Assembly: GCA_029261055.1 (NCBI GenBank)
Contig: JAJDCA010000066.1
Coordinates: 157-64,156 of the forward strand
DNA: 64,000 bases
Direction: 5' to 3'
Source: Candidatus Omnitrophota bacterium
GTDB taxonomy: Bacteria; Omnitrophota; Gorgyraeia; Zapsychrales; Zapsychraceae
This document shows positions 38,561 to 48,400 of this stretch, piece after piece. The notes beneath the pieces are model-generated. The model ran no database searches. It had not been told where the DNA came from and was given only the letters and a program-made list of their open reading frames with translations. The position numbers were made by a program, and so were the translations under genes. Numbering within the stretch: position 1 is the first letter of the stretch; each line of letters starts with the position of its first letter.

Positions 38561-38575
38561 ATCGCCTACGGCGAT
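38561..38575. promoter_or_regulatory. perfect palindrome ATCGCCTACGGCGAT, 85 nt upstream of the histone-like gene
   Basis: Read directly. The 22-bp context matches 13940-13961. Confidence 0.35.
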
Positions 38576-38659
38576 AACCTGAAGCGATTTTTAATGCCGA
38601 TAGGAAAGTTTAATACTTTTTTATACGGAAAAAATTAATAAGAAAGGAGGAACACACAC

Positions 38660-39088
38660 ATGGCCAAGAAAGTTGCAAAAGTTGGTATAAAAAAAGAGAG
38701 TGGATATCTTTATTTTGTCGACAAAGCTGGTGATATTTCTTGTGCAAAGATGGCCCGTGGCAACAAAAAAGGGGGTAAACCCAAAAAAGTTGCAAAAGTC
38801 GGTATAGAAAAAGAATCAGGATTTCTTTACTTCATCGACAAAAACGGAGATATCTCCTGCGCTAAGATGGTTCGTGGTGGAAAGAAAAAGAAAGCCACTA
38901 AGAAAAAAGCCGCTAAGAAGACAACGAAGAAAAAAGTAGTTAAAAAAGCAACAAAGAAAACAGCAACAAAAAAAACAGCTACTAAGAAAAAAGCTGTCAA
39001 AAAAGCTGTAACAAAGAAAAAAGCAACAAAGAAAACAGCTACTAAAAAAAAAGCTACTAAGAAAAAAGCAACAAAAAAAAGAAAATAA
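38660..39088 (+). CDS. lysine-rich histone H1-like basic protein with a duplicated ~35-aa N-terminal module
   Basis: 142 aa. Two copies of KKVAKVGI.KESG.LYF.DK.GDISCAKM.RG, followed by a K/A/T-rich tail (KKKATKKKAAKKTTKKK...). Strong RBS AAAGGAGG. Confidence 0.6.
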   Translation: MAKKVAKVGIKKESGYLYFVDKAGDISCAKMARGNKKGGKPKKVAKVGIEKESGFLYFIDKNGDISCAKMVRGGKKKKATKKKAAKKTTKKKVVKKATKKTATKKTATKKKAVKKAVTKKKATKKTATKKKATKKKATKKRK

Positions 39089-39128
39089 ACCATTTCAAAC
39101 GGCCCTCGTATACTTCGATCTGTTCGAC

Positions 39129-40406
39129 ATGTGCCTGGGCCGTCTTGAAATAATGAAGAGATATACTATGTTTAATCGTCCAATAAAATCAATTGTTATT
39201 TTTCTTACCCTATTCAACATTCTCTGCATGTGGAACTTAAAATCAGGCTATGCGGAGAAAAGCAAAGAAGGCATCATCAAAGAATTTTATCCTGATGGAT
39301 CCTTAGAGACTCAACGACACTATAAAGCCAATAAACTTAATGGAAAAAGTCAAACATTTTACAATAACGGCCAATTAATGAGTGAAGCAACCTACAAAGA
39401 TGATATCCTTAATGATACTTACAAAACTTTTTATGAAAATGGTAAAACATATTTTATTAAAAGATTTAACAAAGGAATTCAAGATGGTGAAGCTAAAGAA
39501 TATTATGAAAATGGCCAATTAAAAAGTGAAGAAACTTACGTCAACGACAAACTACAAGGTTTAAGTAAATATTATTTTGATGATGGTCAACTTAAATATT
39601 TTATGAATTTTAAAAAGGGCCAGTTAGAAGGAATCAGTAAAGAATACTACCAGAATGGAAAAATAAAAAGCACTGTTACCTATAAAGATGGGAAGTGGCA
39701 TGGATTAGTAAAAGAACACGAGGAAACCGGACATTTAATAGCTGAATGGGAATATCTCAATGGGAAAAGAAACGGTATTTCCAAAATCTTTTATCCTGAT
39801 GGTAAATTAAAATGGAAAGCAAATTTCAAAAATGATGAAATGAATGGCCCCAGTCTTGCCTTTGCCAAAAACGGCCAACAAATCATGGAAACAAATTTTA
39901 ACCAAAATAAATTGCATGGGCTCGTTACAGAAAACTATTCAGATGGAACATTAAAACGTGTTTCTCATTATAAAAATGACTTAAAAAATGGCCTTACAAA
40001 AGAATACTTTGAAAATGGCACATTAAGCCTCGAACGACATTATAAAGAGGCTAGAGAAGTAGGCGTTTCAAAAGAATATTATGAGGATGGAAGCCTCTGG
40101 ATTACAAGAACCTACTTAAATGAAAATAACGATGGAACATTGCGAGAATATTACGAAACAGGTGAATTAAAACAACAATGGATCATAAAAAACGGCCTCA
40201 TTCATGATATCAGTAAGTCCTACTACAAAATTGGCAAATTAATGACCGAAGAATACTATTTTGAAGGAAAGAAAAATGGTATCAGCCGTCTATACCGCCA
40301 AAATGGATCAATCGTCTATGAAGATACATACATGGATGGCGCCAGAATAAACCGAAAAATGTTTGATGAAAACGGAAAAATAATACAACCCGCCGATAAA
40401 AACTAA
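39129..40406 (+). CDS. secreted MORN-variant (YwqK-like) repeat protein
   Basis: 425 aa. Hydrophobic N-terminus, then about 14 repeats of the YYENGQLK.E..Y...K.G form. The start may instead be 39144. Confidence 0.7.
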   Translation: MCLGRLEIMKRYTMFNRPIKSIVIFLTLFNILCMWNLKSGYAEKSKEGIIKEFYPDGSLETQRHYKANKLNGKSQTFYNNGQLMSEATYKDDILNDTYKTFYENGKTYFIKRFNKGIQDGEAKEYYENGQLKSEETYVNDKLQGLSKYYFDDGQLKYFMNFKKGQLEGISKEYYQNGKIKSTVTYKDGKWHGLVKEHEETGHLIAEWEYLNGKRNGISKIFYPDGKLKWKANFKNDEMNGPSLAFAKNGQQIMETNFNQNKLHGLVTENYSDGTLKRVSHYKNDLKNGLTKEYFENGTLSLERHYKEAREVGVSKEYYEDGSLWITRTYLNENNDGTLREYYETGELKQQWIIKNGLIHDISKSYYKIGKLMTEEYYFEGKKNGISRLYRQNGSIVYEDTYMDGARINRKMFDENGKIIQPADKN

Positions 40407-41878
40407 TGAAAAAAAAACAAAAACAAAATTTTGCTTTATCTATCGAAAAAGAATCAATTTTAAGAAAATTCACTATTTTATTTTTGTTAATGTCTTTCCT
40501 TCCAATGAGCCTTCTTTATTACCTATATTTTCAAATTAAAGAATATGGCTCCGTTCAAATCAGCGAAGAAAACTTTAACCTCACTTTATCTATCATTATC
40601 ATTGGAATTATTGTCGGTTATTTTGCCATGCGTTCTGTAATAAAAAAAGTCATGGAATTAGCTCATGCTAATCGAAAAGCTCTGGAAAAAATACTAAGCC
40701 CGGATAAAATTAAAGAACTCAGCAATGAAAAAAATGAAATTGCTGTTTTAGCTAAATCATTTAAAAGTATCACTCAACGGTTGGAAGAAAATGTCCAAAA
40801 TCTCAAGAGTGCCAAACAGACACTTCATGCCGTTATGACGAAAATTGGCCATGGTATTTCCAACATACAAAATATTGACACTTTTTTAGAATTAATTTTA
40901 GAAACCATCACAGACGCATTCTTAGGGGAAGTAGGGGTCTTATTGGTTCGTACTGAAAAAGAGAATGAACTACAAATAAGGACTATTCATGGAATAAAAT
41001 CTAAACGATTGAAGAAAAATAAAATATCTTTTGAATCTGAGTCTGTTTTTGCTGATATTTTAGCATCAAAAAAACCCCGCATCATATCGGACATAGAGCC
41101 AGAAACTCTTGAACTCAAAAAATATGACCCCTTATTTAAACCGCCGTTGCTATGTTCCCCTTTAATTGTCCACGAAAACTGTTGTGGTATTATTGCTGTA
41201 AGCGGAAAAATAAAAAGTAAAAACTTTGGTGAAGATGAACTAAATCAATTTTTTAATTTTGCATCCCAGACAGCCGTTGCTTTAGAAAACTCTCGATTAA
41301 ATAAAAACATTGAAAAAACCTATTTTGAGACTATATCGGCTCTAGCTTTGGCGGTAGATGCAAAAGATAAATATTCTCGAGGACACCTGGAGCGCGTTTC
41401 CAAATATTGCGTTCAAACAGCAGAAAAACTTGGACTCGAAGAAGAAGATATAAACACCTTACGGGATGCCGCTAAACTGCATGATTTAGGAAAAATTGGT
41501 ATTCCAGATGAAGTTTTAGCTAAAAAAGGACCTCTAAACGATCAAGAATGGGCTTTAATGCGTAAACATCCTGAAATTGGAGAAAGCATCATCAAACCTA
41601 TTCGCTCCCTAAACCATTTATGTGACATCATCCGCCATCATCATGAAAAACTTGACGGAAGCGGATATCCTGATGGAATAAAAGGGGATAACATCACGCC
41701 GTTAGTTAGAATTCTTACCGTTGCTGATATCTACGATGCACTAACTACAAATCGATCTTATAGAGAAAGAATGCCTAAAGAAAAAGCCTATCAGCTCCTT
41801 CGTAACATGCAAGATCAAATTGATCAAGACATCGTAGAAACCTTTATTGAAACATTAGAAGAAGAGACCCTTCCATAA
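40406..41878 (+). CDS. membrane-anchored GAF + HD-GYP c-di-GMP phosphodiesterase-type protein
   Basis: 490 aa. Two N-terminal TM helices and an HD-GYP domain (HDLGKIGIPDEVL ... HHEKLDGSGYP). Confidence 0.75.
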   Translation: MKKKQKQNFALSIEKESILRKFTILFLLMSFLPMSLLYYLYFQIKEYGSVQISEENFNLTLSIIIIGIIVGYFAMRSVIKKVMELAHANRKALEKILSPDKIKELSNEKNEIAVLAKSFKSITQRLEENVQNLKSAKQTLHAVMTKIGHGISNIQNIDTFLELILETITDAFLGEVGVLLVRTEKENELQIRTIHGIKSKRLKKNKISFESESVFADILASKKPRIISDIEPETLELKKYDPLFKPPLLCSPLIVHENCCGIIAVSGKIKSKNFGEDELNQFFNFASQTAVALENSRLNKNIEKTYFETISALALAVDAKDKYSRGHLERVSKYCVQTAEKLGLEEEDINTLRDAAKLHDLGKIGIPDEVLAKKGPLNDQEWALMRKHPEIGESIIKPIRSLNHLCDIIRHHHEKLDGSGYPDGIKGDNITPLVRILTVADIYDALTTNRSYRERMPKEKAYQLLRNMQDQIDQDIVETFIETLEEETLP

Positions 41879-41891
41879 AAAATTATTCCAA

Positions 41892-41978
41892 GGAGAGATG
41901 CCAGAGCGGTTGAATGGGACGGTCTCGAAAATCGTTGCCCTACTGGGGCCCTGGGTTCGAATCCCAGTCTCTCCGCCA
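41892..41978 (+). tRNA. tRNA-Ser (anticodon CGA)
   Basis: Manual fold: acceptor GGAGAGA/TCTCTCC, anticodon stem ACGGT/ATCGT with loop CTCGAAA, long variable arm, T-arm CTGGG-TTCGAAT-CCCAG, encoded CCA. Close to E. coli tRNA-Ser(CGA). Confidence 0.8.
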
Positions 41979-42041
41979 AATTTTGCTACGCAAAATTTGG
42001 CGAGATCTCGCCATTTTGCAGAGCAAAATGGCGGATCCGCC
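41978..42041. repeat. array of four consecutive short palindromes immediately 3' of tRNA-Ser
   Basis: aaattttgcTACgcaaaattt | ggcgagatctcgcc | attttgcAGAgcaaaat | ggcggatccgcc. Two alternating hairpin types. Confidence 0.4.
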
Positions 42042-42060
42042 AACAAAATCATCCACTATT

Positions 42061-42168
42061 ATGTATTACGTTTATATTCTATTAAATGAAAAAAAGACAC
42101 GGACGTATACAGGAGCTGCAAAAAATGTTGAAAAACGATTGAAAGAAATACTTTCTAGACTTGAATAA
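42061..42168 (+). pseudogene. truncated GIY-YIG nuclease remnant (35 codons)
   Basis: MYYVYILLNEKKTRTYTGAAKNVEKRLKEI matches the N-terminal GIY-YIG motifs. The ORF stops where the conserved H-N-x-G segment should follow. Confidence 0.4.
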
Positions 42169-42201
42169 TAGGGGCATTTACCCCAAAATCCAGATTTTTT
42201 A

Positions 42202-42229
42202 TTGACTTTTCTAAAAAAAGCACTATAAT
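42202..42229 (+). promoter_or_regulatory. sigma70-like promoter (TTGACT, 16-nt spacer, TATAAT) for the IMPDH-family gene and guaA
   Basis: Read from sequence. The spacer is nearly identical to the rplM promoter. Confidence 0.5.
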
Positions 42230-42282
42230 ATAGCTTTAATTTACCCGCAAAATACCCACAATTCAATTGGAGGAAAATATAC

Positions 42283-43443
42283 ATGGCAGAATGGATTGGA
42301 ATTGGCCGCAGGGCTAGACGATGTTATGGATTTGATGAAGTAGCTCTTGTCCCAGGAGCTCTAACAGTTAACCCTAACGATGTGGACCCCAGCTGGACCC
42401 TTGGAGGAAAGAAATTTAAAGTTCCTATCCTCGCAGCCGCTATGGATGGCGTGGTAGACGTCAATTTTGCCATTGCGATGGGCAAATTAGGTGGTATTGC
42501 CGTGCTTAATTTAGACGGTATTCAAACGCGGTATGATAACCCCGATGAAGTTCTTGAAAAAATTGCTAATGCCTCACCTGACGAAGCCACAAAATTGGTA
42601 CAAACCGTTTATTTAAAACCAATTAAAGAAGATCTTATTGCTAAACGTGTTGAACAAATCAAAGCCAAAAAAGTTCCTGCCGTTGTAAGCTGCATTCCTC
42701 AAAATGCTAAAAAATTCTCCAAGATTGCACAAGAGGCAGGATGTGATATTTTTGTTGTCCAATCAACCGTAGCTTCAGTAAAGCACCTTTCAACAGAATA
42801 CAAAGCCTTGGACTTAGAAAAACTTTGTAATGAGCTTAAAATCCCTGTTATTATCGGAAACTGCGTTACATACGAAATTGCCCTGGAACTTATGGAAATA
42901 GGCTCTTCAGGTTTATTGGTAGGTATCGGACCCGGTGCGGCGTGTACAACACGAGGTGTTTTAGGCATCGGTGTCCCACAAATTACAACCACCGTTGATA
43001 CAGCGGCTGCACGTGATCATTTTTATAAACGCAAAGGAAAATACATACCTATCATTACAGATGGTGGGATGCGTATCGGTGGCGAAATATGCAAAGCCTT
43101 TGCTGCAGGGGCTGATGCCGTTATGGTTGGTTCCGCTTTTGCCAAAACCCAAGAGGCCCCTGGAAGGGGATTCCATTGGGGCATGGCTACATCACACGCC
43201 AACCTACCACGCGGAACACGTGTGCATGTCCGAACGACAGGAACGGTTAAAGATGTCCTCTTTGGCCCGGCAAAAGTAGACGATGGTTCCCAAAACCTTG
43301 TCGGAGCTCTACAAACTTCTATGGGCTCTCTTGGAGCCTCAAACTTAAAAGAAATGCATGATGTGGAAATTATTATGGCGCCATCTATTCAGACAGAAGG
43401 TAAAGTCTTCCAAGTCGGACAACGTGTGGGAATGGGTAAATAA
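42283..43443 (+). CDS. IMP dehydrogenase / GMP reductase family protein lacking the CBS subdomain
   Basis: 386 aa. Catalytic-Cys loop GIGPGAACTTR, GVPQIT and GGMRIGGEICKA motifs. Located upstream of guaA. Confidence 0.75.
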   Translation: MAEWIGIGRRARRCYGFDEVALVPGALTVNPNDVDPSWTLGGKKFKVPILAAAMDGVVDVNFAIAMGKLGGIAVLNLDGIQTRYDNPDEVLEKIANASPDEATKLVQTVYLKPIKEDLIAKRVEQIKAKKVPAVVSCIPQNAKKFSKIAQEAGCDIFVVQSTVASVKHLSTEYKALDLEKLCNELKIPVIIGNCVTYEIALELMEIGSSGLLVGIGPGAACTTRGVLGIGVPQITTTVDTAAARDHFYKRKGKYIPIITDGGMRIGGEICKAFAAGADAVMVGSAFAKTQEAPGRGFHWGMATSHANLPRGTRVHVRTTGTVKDVLFGPAKVDDGSQNLVGALQTSMGSLGASNLKEMHDVEIIMAPSIQTEGKVFQVGQRVGMGK

Positions 43444-43541
43444 AATATATATAATAACCAGTTAAGGAATTAAAAAAAGAATACCCATCTCAAGAGAAAA
43501 AATTTCTTTCATAATTCCTAAATAATAGAAAATTAAAACAA

Positions 43542-45287
43542 ATGCCAAAAACAACTAAAAAAGCCCCTGTAAAGAAAAAAACAGCAACCAAAAAAGTAGT
43601 CACTAAAAAAGCCCCCTTAAAACCAAAAAAGAAAGTCGGTTTAAAAACACGATTCAAGGTTAACCCCAAAAAAAGTATTGGAAAACTCCCTAAACTACGA
43701 AAAATTAAGGGACGCGTCAGTGCTACAGTAAAAATCAAAAAAATACGACACAAAGATGTTATGTTAATCCTTGATTTTGGTTCCCAATATACCCAACTCA
43801 TCGCTCGTCGCATTCGAGAAAATAAAGTTTATAGTAAAATTGTACCTTATACTATTAGCCCCGATGAAATCCGAGAACTAAATCCAAAAGGAATTATTCT
43901 TTCCGGAGGCCCTTTAAGTGTTTATGACAAAAATGCACCGACCCCTTCCAAAGAAATATTTAAAATGGGGATTCCAATTCTCGGCATCTGTTATGGTATG
44001 CAGATTATAACTGAAATTTTTGGTGGTAAAGTTAAATCAAGCAACGAAAGAGAGTTTGGACGCGCTGAACTATTTGTCGACAGCAATAAAGATCTTTTTA
44101 CAAATCTTCCATCTAATTTAACCAGCTGGATGAGCCACAGTGATGAAATTAAAAAAATTCCTACAGGCTTCGTCAAACTCGCGCATACACTTAATGCCCC
44201 TGTTGCTGCTTTTGCTAACCGTGCAAAGAAAATTTATGGTGTACAATTTCACCCGGAAGTTGTTCATACTCAACGTGGTGTTCAAGTCTTAACCAACTTT
44301 GTTTTTCATATTTGTGGATGTCTCCCTCGATGGACAATGGATAAATTCATCAATGCTTCCATTAAACAAATCAAAGAAAAAGTTGGCACCAAAAAAGTTA
44401 TTCTTGGTTTAAGTGGTGGGGTTGACTCTGCTGTAGCTGCTGCCATGATTCATAAGGCTATTGGAAAAAGACTATATTGTGTTTTTATCGACAATGGACT
44501 GTTACGAAAAAATGAACTGACCTCCGTCCAAAAAACATTTAAAACAAATTTAAACATGAATTTAACATGTGTCAGTGCCGAAAAAGGATTTTTAACCCGG
44601 CTAGAAAATATCACCGACCCTGAAGAAAAAAGAAAAATTATCGGGGATGAATTCATAAAAGTTTTCCAAAATAAATCTAAAAGAATTAAGAATGCTTCTT
44701 TTCTGGCCCAAGGCACACTTTATCCAGATGTTATAGAATCCCATTCTCCGACAGGAGGGCCATCGGCTGTCATTAAAAGCCATCACAATGTTGGAGGACT
44801 CCCTAAAAACCTTAAGTTTGAACTTATCGAACCTTTGCGCGAACTTTTCAAAGATGAAGTCCGTGCGATTGGAAAGCGCCTTGACCTCCCGGAAAACATC
44901 CTTAAGCGACAGCCATTTCCTGGACCTGGACTTGCTATTCGTATCATTGGTGCGGTAACCCCAGAACGCCTGGAAATACTTAGAGAAGCCGATGAACGCG
45001 TACTTGATGAAATCAAAAAAGCCGGCCTGTATAATGAGATTTGGCAGTCTTTTGCGGTATTACTTCCTATAAAAACTGTTGGCGTTATGGGAGACCAAAG
45101 AACCTATGAAAATGTTATCGCCATCAGATGTGTAAACAGTCAGGATGGCATGACGGCAGACTGGGTACAATTGCCACACGAAATTCTTGGAAAAATATCT
45201 AACCGCATTATTAATGAAGTCAACGGTGTTAACCGTGTCGTTTACGATATAAGCTCTAAGCCTCCCGCAACGATTGAATGGGAGTAA
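43542..45287 (+). CDS. guaA: GMP synthase (glutamine-hydrolysing), with ~70 in-frame K-rich codons ahead of the conserved GATase start (possible N-terminal extension)
   Basis: GATase region [19 protein letters not shown]...GICYGMQ, ATP-PPase region GLSGGVDS and a conserved C-terminal dimerisation domain. The first ~70 codons are [18 protein letters not shown]... Confidence 0.9.
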   Translation: MPKTTKKAPVKKKTATKKVVTKKAPLKPKKKVGLKTRFKVNPKKSIGKLPKLRKIKGRVSATVKIKKIRHKDVMLILDFGSQYTQLIARRIRENKVYSKIVPYTISPDEIRELNPKGIILSGGPLSVYDKNAPTPSKEIFKMGIPILGICYGMQIITEIFGGKVKSSNEREFGRAELFVDSNKDLFTNLPSNLTSWMSHSDEIKKIPTGFVKLAHTLNAPVAAFANRAKKIYGVQFHPEVVHTQRGVQVLTNFVFHICGCLPRWTMDKFINASIKQIKEKVGTKKVILGLSGGVDSAVAAAMIHKAIGKRLYCVFIDNGLLRKNELTSVQKTFKTNLNMNLTCVSAEKGFLTRLENITDPEEKRKIIGDEFIKVFQNKSKRIKNASFLAQGTLYPDVIESHSPTGGPSAVIKSHHNVGGLPKNLKFELIEPLRELFKDEVRAIGKRLDLPENILKRQPFPGPGLAIRIIGAVTPERLEILREADERVLDEIKKAGLYNEIWQSFAVLLPIKTVGVMGDQRTYENVIAIRCVNSQDGMTADWVQLPHEILGKISNRIINEVNGVNRVVYDISSKPPATIEWE

Positions 45288-45290
45288 TTA

Positions 45291-45420
45291 ATAGAAATAA
45301 AGAAGCAGAGAAGCAAGAGACAGAGAAGCAGAGAAAAACCTTTGTTTCTCTGTGCCTTTGCCTCTTACTTCTCGTAATATCTCTACCTCTTGCATCTCTA
45401 CTTCTTGCCTCTTTTTAAAA
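45291..45420. repeat. GA-arm / CT-arm hairpin intergenic repeat, copy 3 (guaA|dnaE spacer)
   Basis: aatagaaataaagaagcagagaagcaagagacagagaagcagagaaaaa...tctctgtgcctttgcctcttacttctcg...cttgcctctttttaaaat. Confidence 0.5.
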
Positions 45421-45421
45421 T

Positions 45422-48400
45422 ATGAACCAAGCCGAATTCGTCCATCTCCACGTCCACACACAATACAGCCTCCTTGATGGGGCTTGTCGCATTAAAAAAT
45501 TAATCCAAAAAGCTGTTGATTACAATATGCCGGCCCTTGGCATGACTGACCACGGAAATTTATTTGGCGCTATCGATTTTTATCAAACGGCCGTTAAAAT
45601 GGGTGTCAAACCTATTATCGGCTGTGAAGCCTACATGGCGGTCAATGGCAGTCGTTTAGAAAAAACACCTCGAAATAAAGCAACCGCACACCTTATTTTA
45701 TTTGCACGCAATAAAGACGGTTATCAAAACTTACTAAAATTAGTTTCTGCATCTTATCTAGATGGTTTTTATTATCATCCTCGGATGGATAAAGAAATCC
45801 TTTCCCAACATTCCGAAGGACTGCTTTGTACCTCAGGCTGTATCCGGGGAGAGGTTGCCTGGAACCTCAAGGAAGGAAATTATGATGCCGCATTAAAAGC
45901 GGCTGACGACCTGTCTCAAATTTTTGGCAAAGGCAACTTTTACCTCGAAGTGATGAACCACGGACTTAATGAGGAAAGAATTGTTAACGAAGGTATTCTA
46001 AAAATTTCCAAACAATTAAACCTTCCTATTGTCGCCACTAATGATGTTCATTTCTTAGAACAATGCCAATCCAACGCTCACGATGCCTTGCTGTGTATTC
46101 AAACACAAACAACGCTCAGCGACCCCAAACACATGTCCTTACAATCGGATCAATTTTATTTTAAAGATCCTGACTCAATGAGAAAAGCCTTTGATTGGAT
46201 TCCTGAAGCATTAACCAATACATTAGAAATTGCCGAGAAATGTAATCTGGATTTAAGTTTTAACAAATTTCATTTGCCACGTTTTGATCCCCCCAAAGAC
46301 ACAAAGAATGACCAGTATCTTCATCAACTTTGCACAGAAGGCCTGGCAAAACGTTATCCAGAAATCACAGACGAAATACAACAACGCCTTGACCATGAAT
46401 TAAAAACTATCGAAAAAATGGGCTTTGTCAGTTACTTTCTCATTGTCTGGGATTTTATTCGTTTTGCAAAAAGTGAAAATATTCCTGTTGGACCGGGAAG
46501 AGGATCAGCGGCTGGAAGTATTGTCAGTTATCTTTTGGGAATCACAGACTTGGATCCGTTAAAATATGGCCTCTTGTTTGAACGCTTTCTTAATCCGGAC
46601 CGCTCCGGTATGCCCGATATTGATATTGACTTTTGTTATGAACGACGCCCGGAAGTCATTGAGTATGTGACTCGAAAATATGGAAAACATAATGTCGCCC
46701 AAATCATAACATTCGGAACCATGCAAGCCCGCGCGGCGATTCGTGATGTAGGGCGCGTAATGGATGTGCCTTATTCCGATGTTGACCGTATTGCCAAATT
46801 AATCCCAAATGATTTAGGTATTACCCTTACTGAAGCGCTTGAAAAAGAACCTCAGCTAAAAAAACTATGTGACGAAGACCCCACCACAAAAAAAGTCATT
46901 GAAACAGCCCAAATCCTTGAAGGTCTCAACCGTCACGCCTCAACACACGCCGCTGGTGTCGTTATTTCGGATAAGCCGCTCAATGAGTACACGCCGCTTT
47001 TTAAAACAAGTGACGATCAAATCACCACCGGATATTCAATGAACGGGATTGCCCTCATCGGTCTTTTAAAAATGGACTTTTTAGGCTTGCGTACCCTTAC
47101 AGTCATTAGCCAATCCGTGCAACTTATTAAAGAAAATCACAATATTGATATCGACATAAGTAAAGTCCCACTTGATGACAAAAAAACGTATGAAAATTTA
47201 AGCCAAGCAAATAGTTTCGGCGTGTTCCAGCTGGAAAGTGCTGGTATGCGAGAACTGTTAAAACGGCTTCAACCATCTGAATTTGAAGATTTGATATCCA
47301 TCCTGGCCCTTTACCGACCGGGCCCAATGGGAAGTGGCATGTTAGAAGACTTCATCAAGCGTAAAAGAGGCGAAGTGCCCATTGTATATGACCACCCAAA
47401 ACTTGAACCTATCCTAAAGTCTACCTACGGTATCATTGTTTACCAGGAACAAGTTATGCAAATCCCAGTTGCCCTGGCTGGCTTTTCAATGACAGATGCC
47501 GACCACCTTCGACGGGCGATGAGTAAGAAAATTGCGTCGGTCATGGAGAAGATACGTAAAGATTTTGTATCTGGATGTCAAAAATACAGTGATATTACCG
47601 AAATAGCGGGTAACAAACTCTTTGACCTCATTGACTATTTTTCCGGTTATGGGTTTAACCGCAGCCATTCGGCGGCCTATGCCTTAATTACCTATCAAAC
47701 GGCGTATCTCAAGGCCAATTATCCAGTTGAATTTATGTGCGCCATATTAAACAGTGAAAAAAATAATACCGATAAAATTGTTGAGTATGTCAAAGAATCA
47801 AAAGCGATGGGCATCACCATCGTGCCACCTGATATTAACAATAGCTTTAAAGAATTTCACGTTGTCGATTCAAAAACGATACAATTCGGACTTTTAGCTA
47901 TAAAAAATGTTGGATCAACAGCCATTGATTCTATTGTTGATAAACGAAAATCAGGCCCGTACAAAAACATCTATGAATTATGCGAGAGAATTGACTTACG
48001 TTTAGCCAATAAAAAAGTCATTGAAAGTCTTATCAAATGTGGGGCAGTGGATTGTTTAGGGGTATTCCGCTCTCAAATGATGGCGGTTTCAGACAGAGCC
48101 CTTGAACAGGGATCTAAAACACAAAAAGAAAAAGCCCAGGGCCAAGTCTCATTCTTTAATCTTGGCGCCGAAATGGGTGGTTTTACAAAAAAAATGGATG
48201 ACTTTCCTGATATCAAAGAATGGCATAAACCCCAAATTTTATCATTTGAAAAAGAAATTCTAGGATTTTATATCAGTGGTCACCCTCTAGAACATTATGA
48301 AATTGAAATTAAAAAATTTACAGACTTCTCAACAAAGAGCCTTAGAACAGCCATTGACGGAGAAGGTGTACGCCTGGTCGGACTCATCGAACATGTTAAA

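Noticed and set aside
38827-39093. 88-aa minus-strand ORF rich in F/V/A
   Set aside because: Mirror-frame artefact of the low-complexity lysine codon run (AAG/AAA read as CTT/TTT) of the histone-like gene on the plus strand.
41898-42168. ORF-track ORFs 41898-42089 and 41914-42168 (63 and 84 aa)
   Set aside because: Both run through the tRNA-Ser gene and its palindrome array. Only the last 35 codons (42061-42168) resemble anything (a GIY-YIG fragment), and that part is reported as a remnant.
29795-45420. CRISPR array interpretation of the repeated intergenic elements
   Set aside because: The copies are tens of kb apart, internally inverted rather than direct, and not separated by regular spacers. 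No cas genes are present.
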